A DNA stretch of 62,994 nt, filler included, from Globobulimina sp. (taxonomy: Eukaryota), in NCBI GenBank assembly GCA_003354225.1. It is 43 parts of 43 records of this genome, joined end to end, with 100 filler letters (N's around TTAATTAATTAA, not from the genome) between each part and the next. Parts side by side here need not be neighbours in the genome. Positions count along the whole stretch, not along the records: positions 1 to 1,368 come from PIVH01017827.1; positions 1,469 to 2,836 come from PIVH01017828.1; positions 2,937 to 4,304 come from PIVH01017829.1; positions 4,405 to 5,772 come from PIVH01017830.1; positions 5,873 to 7,240 come from PIVH01017831.1; positions 7,341 to 8,708 come from PIVH01017832.1; positions 8,809 to 10,176 come from PIVH01017833.1; positions 10,277 to 11,644 come from PIVH01017834.1; 35 more parts are not named here. One strand, written 5' to 3'. Shown here piece after piece: positions 1 to 11,744 of the stretch (position 1 is the first letter of the stretch; the number at the start of each line of letters is the position of its first letter). The notes beneath the pieces are model-generated. The model searched no databases. It worked only from the letters and a program-made list of their open reading frames with translations, and was not told where the DNA came from. The position numbers were made by a program, and so were the translations under genes.

Positions 1-2
1 AG

Positions 3-650
3 TGGAGAGTTGTTTGTGACATTGATAATATATCACCGAAAATGTTTGAAAAATCATTAACAAATAAAGTTATTTTTAGTTTAGATCAAACTGATCGCTG
101 TGGGCACGGAATTTGTTATTTTAAGATATTGGAACATTTACCTGTTGATCCATGGGTTTATTTTCGTGCTGCTGTTTGGAGCATTGTTTCGTAAAATAAG
201 TATATTCTGTAATATTTATACATATTTTATATATAATTTATACAGGAAAAATGTGTAAAATTGGCATCAATGAATGGTGTGCACCAAATAATATTATTGA
301 TTGATATCGAACATTTAAAATATTCAACACTTCCACCACTTGCTATATTAAAAGAAATCGCATATTTATGCCAACATTATTATCCAGAACGTTTATACCG
401 AGCATATATATTATTCAGTCCGTGGATATTTCGTATGGTTTGGAAAATGGTATCAGGGCTACTTACTGATAATACTAAAACAAAAATTATTGTTCCGGGA
501 TGGTATGAATCTGCAAAATATGAAACCTTTGAAAAGGATATTCAACAAACACAATTATGTGCGAAGTATGGTGGACAAGCAAATGAAGAAAAATATAGTT
601 ATGAATGGGAAATACAGCAATTTTATAAATCAAATAAAGACAAAATGTAA
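3..650 (+). CDS. CRAL-TRIO/Sec14 domain protein, 5' partial; exons 3-185 and 246-650
   Basis: DRCGHGICY and LCQHYYPERLYRAYILFSPWIFRMVWKMVSGLLTDNTKTKI, KYGG motifs; GT..AG intron 186-245 restores the frame. Confidence 0.9.
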
Positions 651-1009
651 TTATAAATAAGTTTATTTGCTACGTCATGTACAGACTTTATCTTTAATTT
701 CCAAAATGAAAAAAAAATACTTTAGATTTAGAACAGCAAATATGGAAAACACCACAATATATTTAATAAGACAGAAAATTGTATATTGAGCAATATTTCG
801 AAATGATTGGAAAATGGTTCAAAATACATGGAAAATGTTTTTCTAAGTCAAAATGCAGCAGCCTTGTGTCAAGGTCCCCAGAACGTTTGACTATCATATA
901 TTCTTGACATAGAATAGATGTTCTTGACATAGATGTTCTTGACAAGAGCCACTGAAAAATATACCAAAAACAAACAATGCAAAATACAATGACAAAAATA
1001 TAAAATATT

Positions 1010-1368
1010 TTATGGATGCGATGTTTGTTTAACCATTATCTTTCTCGAACTCGCCGCAGTGAGCTTACTGTATGCCACTTCGTTTATTCTTTTCAAATCG
1101 TACCAGATATATGCTAACAATAAAAAGCCAATTCCTAATACAATATATGTTATTATATACAATGTTTGAAACCCCGTGGAATCCCTATATATATATATAC
1201 AGTGTATAAGCACATATGTATGCATATTAAATATACGAATATTAATACCATTTTGCATGTCCGTATGTTCCTAAGTTTAAAAATAATCCAATACATGAGG
1301 CATCCACCATCTTTCTGGCACATGTGCGGAGAGCGAGTGACTGCGACTTTATGCCATTTAGTGAGGCT
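1010..1368 (-). CDS. 3' end of a membrane protein, probably spliced
   Basis: Hydrophobic segment LYIITYIVLGIGFLLLAYIW followed by a short tail and stop. Confidence 0.45.
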
Positions 1369-1468
1369 NNNNNNNNNNNNNNNNNNNNNNNNNNNNNNNN
1401 NNNNNNNNNNNNTTAATTAATTAANNNNNNNNNNNNNNNNNNNNNNNNNNNNNNNNNNNNNNNNNNNN
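1369..1468. other. Artificial contig spacer (44N-TTAATTAATTAA-44N); recurs 42 times, about every 1,467 nt
   Basis: Identical linker with stops in all six frames between N runs; contigs have near-identical length (1,366-1,368 nt). Confidence 0.99.
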
Positions 1469-2450
1469 GGCATGTTATTATCATTTTGCATTTACGAAGC
1501 CTTATTTCCACAGTTCGTTCATTCTGACGATACAATGCATGATTATAACGCCAAAAATACGATAATCGCAGCCGTGATTTCTTTTGTATTGACCATTGAA
1601 AATATAATTATTATATTTTTATCGGCCACGATAATGTTTAGAATTAAGGACATTGTCAAATTAAAAGACAGGAATCAAGAGAGAATGTGGGACAATATAT
1701 CGAAATTCAGACAAGAATTTAAATTGCATAACAAAACTGTTGCTGTGAGTACGCATCATTTGGAATATAAGGTGAGCTGTATACACATTGTTTATTTTAG
1801 CGCTGGCACGGATTTATGGGCTAAGATCACTTAAAAAATGTTTTGCTGATTGATACGCGATAAACACTGCATGCATTTTTTAACTGATTTAGTCATTATC
1901 TATGTCATAAATGTATGATATATAAACATTTTTGATGTGTTGTAAGGCTATGAACGATGCGGAAACTGATGATAGAGAACGAAGAGGTTCATCGGATGAT
2001 TGTAGTGTACCTATTCAACAAAAAGAAGGAGCTCATAGCCACTATGAAATGGATATTTATGCCAAACATGGCAGTAAGGCAGACCGAGCAGTTTCAAATA
2101 TAAAGCAAACAATCGAAGAGTGTGAGGCTGAAATTCTACATTCTACGCTGAAAGGACAAGTGTTTAGGCAAGTTAGTCGATATTATAATGACGATGTTTC
2201 TCAACGTAATCGGGGGGAAATTACAAAATCGAAGCAATCAAAGAAAAAGAATAAGAAAAATAAAAGAATAGAAAAAACGCAAGATGACGAAGAATATAAT
2301 AGCTCTGAAAGTGATTCATTCGTAGAACGTGTTTCTAAGAATAAAGCAAGACCACTTTCTGATGTATTTAAACTACAAACTGAGGACAAACCGTTGATTG
2401 CAAGTAATGACAATATTGTTGAAAGTGGTGTTGTTGATGAAAATGATTAA
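1469..2450 (+). CDS. Membrane protein C-terminus (possibly DUF389-like) with a charged tail; intron after about 1771
   Basis: ISFVLTIENIIIIFLSATIMFRIK helix; GTGAG donor; downstream ORF 1932-2450. Confidence 0.5.
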
Positions 2451-2584
2451 TTAATAGTATACAACATAACTGTTTCTACAGAAACAGTACAATTTTGTGA
2501 CCTTTTTGTTTACGCAAATATATGAACCAATTTATGCTTGTATTGATTTCTTAGTGTTTGAAGACCTTTTTATTATTAACAGGC

Positions 2585-2836
2585 ATGGGCTGTTGTCTTC
2601 ATATTCAAAAACAACAAGTTTCAATGGCAGCTCCTAACTCTAATCCTGAAGAGAAAAGTGCTAAGGAATTGCACACTAAATTTGCTGATATTTATCCGTT
2701 ATCAACAACATCCAAAAACATGTCAGTGTGCAAACTATACAAGGCAGAGTGCCATTGGTTGATAAAGGATTTAGTATTAATTGGAGAATATCCATTATCT
2801 GTTCACTATGTCGACTATTTAATACAAGAAATAGGC
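2585..2836 (+). CDS. 5' end of a hypothetical protein with an MGCC lipidation motif
   Basis: MGCC start; frame open to the contig edge. Confidence 0.4.
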
Positions 2837-2937
2837 NNNNNNNNNNNNNNNNNNNNNNNNNNNNNNNNNNNNNNNNNNNNTTAATTAATTAANNNNNNNN
2901 NNNNNNNNNNNNNNNNNNNNNNNNNNNNNNNNNNNNA

Positions 2938-3159
2938 TATTCACAACTTATTAGAATAGCACGTATATGTAACAATCTAAATGATTTCGAAATCAGAGTT
3001 AAACAACTTGTAGATACATTGTCAAAGAATGGCTATAAAAAAAGCAATATGTCCAATACATTCTTCAAATTTGCGACAACATATAGTCCCTTGTTACTTA
3101 AATTCAAGCTAGATAACAAATTAAAAATAGCTAAATTTGGTAATAAACTCTTGAGCTAA
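2938..3159 (+). mobile_element. C-terminus (thumb/HTH) of a Penelope-like RT ending without a downstream GIY-YIG (Naiad/Chlamys-like layout)
   Basis: Manual translation YSQLIRIARICNNLNDFEIRVKQLVDTLSKNGY...KLLS*; absent from the ORF track. Confidence 0.8.
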
Positions 3160-3328
3160 CAGTTTGCCTAGATATGTGTTTTACTAGTTTACTCACCTTT
3201 GGGTGAGTGGTGCTAATTCATTACTAGCTTTCAAAGCTAGCGGTTTTATTTACTCACCACCAGGTGAGCGGTGCTAATATTGCATTACTTTTGTGTATTT
3301 AATTTTGGTTATGCCTATGGCGTTGCTT

Positions 3329-3527
3329 AGCGCACTTACTTTAAAACGCGCACAACAGTCTTTGCAATTTTTTCTTGGTCTGTAATTTTCCTCAGCAGAA
3401 AACAAAGCATGGTTGCAAATAATAAGCACAGCGCGCTTACTTTAAAACGCGCACAATAGTCTTTGCAATTTTTTCTTGGTCTGTAATTTTCCTCAGCAGA
3501 AAACAAAGCATGGTTGCAAATAATAAG
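3329..3527 (+). repeat. Near-perfect 98-nt direct repeat x2 (3329-3426, 3430-3527)
   Basis: agcgc(a/g)cttactttaaaacgcgcacaa...ggttgcaaataataag duplicated with 2 differences. Confidence 0.95.
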
Positions 3528-4404
3528 AAGTTAAATAATCGAGTCTAGTCACAGACTGGGTAAATTTTATTAGTTATTTGCCGTCAGACCTAAAAATTAG
3601 ATTTTATTAACCTCAGATAATAATTCTGAAAAGTTTTTCGCCGAAACCAAATTCATTATTTTAATTTCTGTCTGATTGTCAAAGTATGGCTCCACCAGTA
3701 GGAAACAAACGGAATAGACGTGAAGATAATGAAGAAGATGATCAACAAAATAGTTCGACGATTCAAGTAAAACATTTTAGTGTTCATATTATACTATAAA
3801 TATGTACAAAAAATTTTTTGCATAATAAATGGTTAGTGGTTTTCCAGCTTTTAAACAAACTTTTAAACTCTCCTCCATAATTGCTATTTTGGTTAACACA
3901 ATTTTCCTTTTTGTAAAATGTTTTGTAAAAAGTTTTTATAAAAAATTTTTTTAAGAGTAGAATAGGGACGTTTTGGTTAAAAAGTATTTTATAACTTTCT
4001 GATCTAATCATGAGCTTCGATGCTATTGGTAGTCTACTGACGAGGTCCAACCAATTGCATACTGAATTTGGTCTAGATTTGGGACCGAAACCTAATTCAG
4101 ATAGGTAGAAACTTTAATCTATTTTCGTAATATCATATAATCTACTAAAAAATTTTTGGTTATAAGTCTAGTTTATTGCACTGATACATTTGTATCTATT
4201 CATTTTCACTTTGTAAATATTATACTACATACCTGTACTTATACAGACTTACACCTGGCACCTGCACTTATATAGCAGTGACAGTGAGTAATTTTGAATT
4301 CATANNNNNNNNNNNNNNNNNNNNNNNNNNNNNNNNNNNNNNNNNNNNTTAATTAATTAANNNNNNNNNNNNNNNNNNNNNNNNNNNNNNNNNNNNNNNN
4401 NNNN

Positions 4405-5772
4405 CGAATACTTGGCGCCATAATATATTTGGTCGAATTTGCATCGGTCAGGATTTGCTTTTCTTAAAATTAAACCATACAAAAGTTCCCAAATTAAATT
4501 ATTTCTTTGCAATATCTCCATAATCATAGCAGTTACACAAGATATGACAACCGCAGTGGTATTATCTTTAACTGCCAGCAAACCAGAAAGGCGCATTGCT
4601 TCCGTATAAACTATCATTACTCCACAGATAAAATATAACCATTCATCCACCCATAAATATTCCACTGCTCTTCCATCCACCACACCGTGTCTTTGCTCAA
4701 CATCTGTTGCTGTTACGTTGCCGCCATCGTCGGTGCATATATATCTGTGGGTAATTTGCTGTGGTTCGCAACATGAGTTTGGGTCATATTCCTTTGCCAC
4801 ACTATATTTTTTCTTGCAAAAACAGCATAAAAGATGATGATAATACTTCATCACTGCAATGCCAATGCTCTGCGCCAATCCAATGTAAATCGGGGAAACT
4901 GCAGCAAAGCCAAAGCCATTGCCTCTAAACAACCACGCTACAGCAACACCGGCAGCGTATATAATAGCAATAACAGCAACATACGCAGCAAAAGGCCATA
5001 ATATATAATATGCCTGTTTTATAACGACCTTTCTATATTTACACAAACATAAATAATAAAACACAACAACCGCAAAAATGAAAATCGGCAATCGCAAATT
5101 ATACAATAAAGGGTCGTAAAATGACACAAAAAAAGACAAAATAAACGCAATAAACATAGTAATGCATAGCAAATAGAAGCGTAATTTTCGAATGTTTATG
5201 GAATATATGCCCAGTTCTGCTGCGTCCCCGTAACTGATTATGGTGGCAGTCAATAAATAGATATCAGCGAATAAAAGACAAAAACCACTTTTCCACATCT
5301 CATATACTGAATATTTCAATGAATTCAAAGACAAATACACAATATCTTTTTTACACTGCGATATTTGCAGCAATCTCCAAACAGCAAACTGGACCAAATA
5401 TGTCATGCCAGCCAAGGTTATGGCAACGCAAACTTGAAGGATTATTCTCCAATCTATAAAACTCCAAACTGACTCTAAGCGTTGGCCGTGATCCATGGTG
5501 GTACCCAATACAGATTTTTGTTGCTGCATTGTCTCAAAAATATCGTTGTGTGGTTGTGGTTGTTGTTTATATTCCGTTTGTGTGACCATTTCAGCGATTT
5601 GTAGCTCAGCTAAGCCAGCTTCACCATTAGTTTTTGAGTTTGTATGTGTTTCAATGTGCACAGTGTTAATGTTTTCAGAAATTGTAATTTGTTTCTCTGC
5701 TGGAATAACAATGTTAGCTTCGTCGTTGTCTTCCTCTTCACTTAATACTTCATCATACAGCTCATTTGAAAC
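4405..5772 (-). CDS. Multi-pass membrane protein, partial at both ends
   Basis: Frame open across the contig; many hydrophobic helices. Confidence 0.75.
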
Positions 5773-5945
5773 NNNNNNNNNNNNNNNNNNNNNNNNNNNN
5801 NNNNNNNNNNNNNNNNTTAATTAATTAANNNNNNNNNNNNNNNNNNNNNNNNNNNNNNNNNNNNNNNNNNNNAAGTAACTAAAGTAAGTAAGTAAGTAAG
5901 TAAAGAGAAAACGTGATGTTTACAAGTACACAAAATATATATAGA

Positions 5946-7240
5946 TCAATGTCCAAACATGTTTTTCATTTTATTTACCAATGTTTTTTTCCCTTTAGAT
6001 TCTTTTTTCAAAATTGAATATTGAAATTTATTTTTATATCGATCAGAATTCATTTGTGTAATATTTAAGGACCATTTCGGTTTATTATTATTTAAAAATG
6101 ATTTAAATTTTTTTAATTCTTTATCATTGCATCGGTTGCGAATATTTTCAAATTTGATTATTTCTAAATTGGTCTCATTTAATTGTTTAATACTTTGTGA
6201 TAATAATGACAAAAATGATTGATTTATTATATTTTTTGAATTGGTCATAATCATTGAAATAATGGTACATTGCGAGCATAATTTAGTGATACAGTCAAAA
6301 GCAACCATTTCAGCCATAAGCAAATCATCATTTGGTAGTGTTGAAATAAAATATTTCTTTAATTTGGGATACGATGTATTTATATTGTAACTATTGATTT
6401 TGATATGTTTCTGTTTTGTAATCAAAAAATGAAATATTTTTGTTGGATATATTGGTATATCCCTTTTATTTTGATTTTGATTTTGATTTTTATTCAGTTT
6501 ATAATTTAATTCATACTCAATTAAATTATCAATAATGATATAATCAATTTTTCGTGGCTTATTGGCCAATGTATTGACTTGTTGTCCATTAATCGCATTA
6601 TTAAATATATTAATCGCATTCAAAAAGATCTCATAATTATGGTTATTAGTGAGATATAAAATGGATTTAAATTTTAACGGTGAAAAGCCGCCAATAAATA
6701 ATCGTTCGCATTCAAAGCTAAATGACGACAAAAAAGAGCAATTAAAATATTTTACAAATAAACCCAACGGCGATGTATTATTCTCGGAGAATTCCAATAC
6801 AAATCCTTTGCAATTCGAATACAATGCAATTAGTGATAACTGCGTCGTGCTCGAACAGGCCATATTTATGCTATGATTGAAGCCATTATTTGGATCAAAC
6901 ATAATTGCGCTGCTCAATTGCGTATAAAACCGACTCTCTTTGGACAACGATATCCATTCACCATAAACCTCCACTGTTTCGCGTAATAATTTACTCCAAT
7001 TTGCAAATTCTCGATGGATTTCTAAATTATTGAGGTATTTTTTAAATGTTTCTCGAAAATTAACATTTAATTCACTGAAATTACAATATAAAACAATGCT
7101 AATTAAATGTTGAATTGTTATGTGATTATAACTGCTTAGGCCATAATACAATTTATTATTAATGCCTTCGCGTAAACAAATCCTTTCTTTTGTTGCATAC
7201 ATTGAATATTGAGTTTCTTGTTTGATATATTTGCGAACAT
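5946..7240 (-). CDS. Hypothetical protein with an ADP-ribosyltransferase-like fold
   Basis: HLISIVLYCNF...HREFANWSKLLRETVEVYG...SSTT...FSFECERLFIGG (STT and ExE-like motifs). Confidence 0.6.
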
Positions 7241-7396
7241 NNNNNNNNNNNNNNNNNNNNNNNNNNNNNNNNNNNNNNNNNNNNTTAATTAATTAANNNN
7301 NNNNNNNNNNNNNNNNNNNNNNNNNNNNNNNNNNNNNNNNAAGTTTCGGTTTCAAACAGATCAAAATTAGTTAAATATATAACGAGAGATATTAAA

Positions 7397-8708
7397 ATGG
7401 AATTATTTGAATCATTGCAAGCTTTTGATTTAATGAAGTTTGGGGAAACATTGACAATATATATTGCATATAAACTGAAGAAAGAGCTTGGCCAATTGAA
7501 AAAAAAAGAAAAAGCTTATTTTCATGTATTGTCACAATTATTTTATGCGTTGCCTGGTCCAATCGCAGTGGAGACATTACAGCGGGAAGATATGAGGTCG
7601 ATATTACAACGGTCAAAGGTGGAAGATTTAAGACAACTTTGTTTAAAGATTGAAGAAGGGAGTAGTTTTAAGCCGAGTGCAGATCTAAGCATTGCCGAAT
7701 TTTTCGATAGGTTGGCAGCACAGGATTTGATTCAAGCAACTGAATGGAAAAAATGCAGCCAGGAATTTGAAGAAAGGGCATATGCACATACTACAGAGAT
7801 TAAATCCGATCATATGATGTATATATTATTAAACACGCCATTGGCAAACCACGAAGGCAAATGTTTGATAAAATTAGCAGCAGAAAGAAAGCGAGACTCG
7901 TTTCTTAATAATGAGAGATTGTCCGATATTGTGAATCATATGCATCGAAGTGGCCATTTAAAACCCCGGGACATAATACAAACGAAAGAATTGCAATATC
8001 CAGATTTGTTTCATATTTTGCTGTGTCATCCGTTTGAATTCTTTTTGAGTGCACAAGGATATCACTGGATCTCTGGCTGCTTATATGCAGAATATTTATT
8101 AGTGTTATATGCCTACGCTTATTGGGATCCATATCCGCATGTAACAGCGCTTGAGAAGGAATTCAATTGTTGGTTTCAAATAATTTTCTGGTGTTGTAAT
8201 CTCGGCTATATTTTATTTGAATGCTTTGAGATCTTAGAAAAAGGGGTCAAGGAATATTTTAATTTAGCGGTTGGAGGACAAGCAAATTTAATGGACGCAA
8301 TGATTTGTTTTTTATGGATATTTTTGTTTGCAGTTAAGCATCTTCATAGTTCATACATATTCAAAACATTCAATGAATTGACAGATGCACGTCGCAGTAC
8401 TATATATTCCCGGAGCAAATGCTGAGACAGTAGAACAAATTTATGCATTTTTCTTCGGTCTACAAATATTGCTCATTACTTGGCGATTTTTTAAGTTTGT
8501 GAACCATAGTCAGTATTTTGGATCACTCATTCGTATTATACAATGTTGAGTGAATATACATTAATTTTCCAAAATAAAAACAATATAAAATACTAATTCA
8601 ACAGTGATGATGGGTGAATTATTAAAGTTTGTCCCCGTGTTTATAATGGTATTAATTGCGACTGCATTAGTTGGATTAGGTGCATATTATTCTTCAGATG
8701 AAGAGCGT
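7397..8708 (+). CDS. TRP-like ion channel; introns 8333-8384 and 8545-8604; 3' partial
   Basis: LLNTP...KCLIKLA pre-S1 region, ILFECFEILEKGVKEYF, NLMD, WRFFKFV..SQYFGSLIRII..MMGELLKF after splicing. Confidence 0.75.
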
Positions 8709-8808
8709 NNNNNNNNNNNNNNNNNNNNNNNNNNNNNNNNNNNNNNNNNNNNTTAATTAATTAANNNNNNNNNNNNNNNNNNNNNNNNNNNNNNNNNNNN
8801 NNNNNNNN

Positions 8809-9097
8809 TTTCTTGTTCTGGCATGGTTTTGTCAGTTTTATCTTCTTTATCTACGTGTATTAATTGTTTGTCTTCTTCGGATTCATCTTTTTTGTTTTCA
8901 TCGACAACATTTTCTGTATTTTCCGTTTCGTCGTTATTGTCAATATTAGTATCATTTATATTAATGTGATTTGTCATATTTTGCTCAATTTTTATTGTTC
9001 GAACTTCTTTTGCCATTTTATTAACATTCGCATCATTTTCAGGTTTGATGTTTGTTGTTTTGTTTGCATTATTCTCAGATTTCATACAATTTCCCAT
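8809..9097 (-). CDS. 5' end of an N-myristoylated acidic low-complexity protein
   Basis: MGNC start; frame open to the contig edge. Confidence 0.55.
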
Positions 9098-9428
9098 TAT
9101 ACGGATTTATATACCTTGATATAATTGTTGTTTTAAACTACTTTAATTAAACAATATGATGTTTCAAAGCACTTTTGACGAATTTATATGTGGTTGAATA
9201 TTCAATTAGTACAAAAGTGTGGAACAAAGAAAGCAATGAATTCAAGTGTAAATTTTAGATAATGTTGAACTTGAAAATATGACATTTTTTTTCAGTGTGG
9301 TAACTTGAAAATATGACCCTTTACAGTTTGCATTATAAGCACGCGATTACAAGGTATGCATTATTCCCATGTACAAATATTTTATTTAAACTGAAATATT
9401 TATTAATGAACATGCATTAAGATCTAGA

Positions 9429-10176
9429 ATGGCTCAACAATCGCTGGGAGATGAAAAAAAACAACACCGTGACATTGCATACACAAAATATAAACCTGAT
9501 GAGATTGTAGTAATATTAAATTTAGAGTCCAAAATGAAATACAATGGATTGTTTGCCAAAGTTATCAAATATTTTCCAAAGAAAAAAAGATATCATGTCT
9601 CATTAAACACAACTCAGCATTGCCAGCATGATATACTTGTTAAACCCTTGAATTTTTCAATCATTTATGCCGCCAAATATTCAGTAAAAGATGCAAAAGG
9701 TGGTACAATTCGAAGGTTTTGCCGCAGTGGCAACTGCTCAAAGATTGATGAATCTGTGCCTTTATCCGAAATGACCGAATGTATGATATGTCGCTCTGTT
9801 TTTTATTGCAGTGAAAGATGTCGGCGCGAGGACCAAAGGATGCATTCGAGTTTGTGTGCACTGTATAAAGAATTTGCAAAATTGGAATATAAACATATAA
9901 AAGAAATGGATGATATGTTTCAATTTGATAACGTCATCACATTTTGTGATGAATACGATACTCATTTTTCTTATGATTTATATTTTTTAGCAAATATGAA
10001 ATTAACAAATAAAGGAATTTGGCAAAGATACGGAATGCATCAACCATGTATTGATTTTGTTGCAACACCATTCGGAGAATTGAAGCAAGCATTTAAAATT
10101 GAACATTATTCCAACATTAAGACAGAAAAATTAATTCTTCCTTGTTTTGCTGAATCACAAATCTTAAAATGTGATA
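9429..10176 (+). CDS. MYND zinc-finger protein, 3' partial
   Basis: C..C...CMICRSVFYCSERCRREDQRMHSSLC. Confidence 0.8.
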
Positions 10177-10349
10177 NNNNNNNNNNNNNNNNNNNNNNNN
10201 NNNNNNNNNNNNNNNNNNNNTTAATTAATTAANNNNNNNNNNNNNNNNNNNNNNNNNNNNNNNNNNNNNNNNNNNNTAGTACTTTCTCAAAAGAATTTCA
10301 TTATTTTCAATTGATTTTTGATGTTGATAGACAATGGGATCGGTGTATA

Positions 10350-11352
10350 TGTAGTATATGTAGTACCAAAAATCCTACATGGAATAGCTGCAATAACATA
10401 CTCCACAAATACCTTCTCTGGAATAGAAGTCCAACAACGTGAATTTATTCGAACAATATCGAAATTGCCAAGGCATACACATAGAGCTGTTATATATGGC
10501 GAAACCAAATTGCTACCAATGCAAATGGAAGCTGATAAAAGAACTATGAACTACCTTCAACATCTAAAAAAGCTAAATAACAACAATATTGCAAAAATTG
10601 TTTTATTGGAACAATCTGAAATTTATACACAAGATCCAAACCAAACTACATGGCTAAAACATGCCATAAATATCTATAATAAATACAATCTCGATCACAA
10701 CGAAAATCTAACTAAATCAGTAATACGAAACAAAGTACGCGAAAAATGGTTATTGGAATATCAAGTGATGTTAGAAGAATCTTCAACATTACGATTATAT
10801 AAAAACAAAACAATTCCAAATATAAACAACAAACTCAATATGAATGAAGGTGGAGAATACTGGCTAAAAGCTAAAGCCGGATCATTATTACTAAATGACA
10901 GAACAAACAATATATGCACAAGATGCAATCTAAATATTATCGAAAATCTTGAACACATGTTATGGACATGCCCGGCAAACAAACTAAATAACGAAACAAT
11001 ATTCAAACTTAAATCTTTATGGGGATCTCTTCCTTTACAAATCAACAATGAAGATAAACCAATCGAAATTCCAACTTCAATATCTAACTACATTACTCTA
11101 GCCACAAAATGGGTATTAGATGACAAAATACATGGAACAATACAAAATATGGTCGGAGACATTATTAAGAAACTATATAACTCACGACCAGAAATTATAG
11201 TATACAATACTATAATTCAAAGAGATGCAACGAACTCACAAAAAACCAACAAAAAAACCAAAAAGAAAACTAAACAACAAACAGGCAATAATCTGCACAA
11301 TAACGATATGCGAAATCAACCTTTCCCTAAAAATAGAGAAGGTATAACCTAA
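10350..11352 (+). mobile_element. Non-LTR (LINE) retrotransposon ORF2 C-terminal region
   Basis: VVPKILHG, AVIYGET, STLRLY, CTRCNLNIIENLEHMLWTCP (CCHC zinc-binding motif). Confidence 0.85.
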
Positions 11353-11744
11353 AAATAAATAGCTATAAATCAAAAAATGTGCCAAATCATTGTATCTGTG
11401 ATATATGATAATGATTATTCCAATTTATTGTAATGTTATTATCAAAGCTATACTTATTTCATAAGTGCTTATCAAAATAAACTTTATCTTCCAAACTTTA
11501 ATACCTGGATACATGCTCTACAAAACCTGAAAATTGCGATTTGGAACTCAAACCGGAAGTTCCATTTTTTAAGTTTACAAAAATTCCACTGCGAGCTTAA
11601 TCGCCAAAGGTTAGGAATTTCTAGTTCGGACCACCATAGGTGGANNNNNNNNNNNNNNNNNNNNNNNNNNNNNNNNNNNNNNNNNNNNTTAATTAATTAA
11701 NNNNNNNNNNNNNNNNNNNNNNNNNNNNNNNNNNNNNNNNNNNN

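Noticed and set aside
900-945. TAGATGTTCTTGACA tandem repeat
   Set aside because: Short local duplication in an intergenic region with no further structure
3329-3527. SECIS element or hammerhead within the 98-nt repeats
   Set aside because: No AUGA..GA quartet; the minus-strand CTGAGGA..GAAA lacks a pairable stem II
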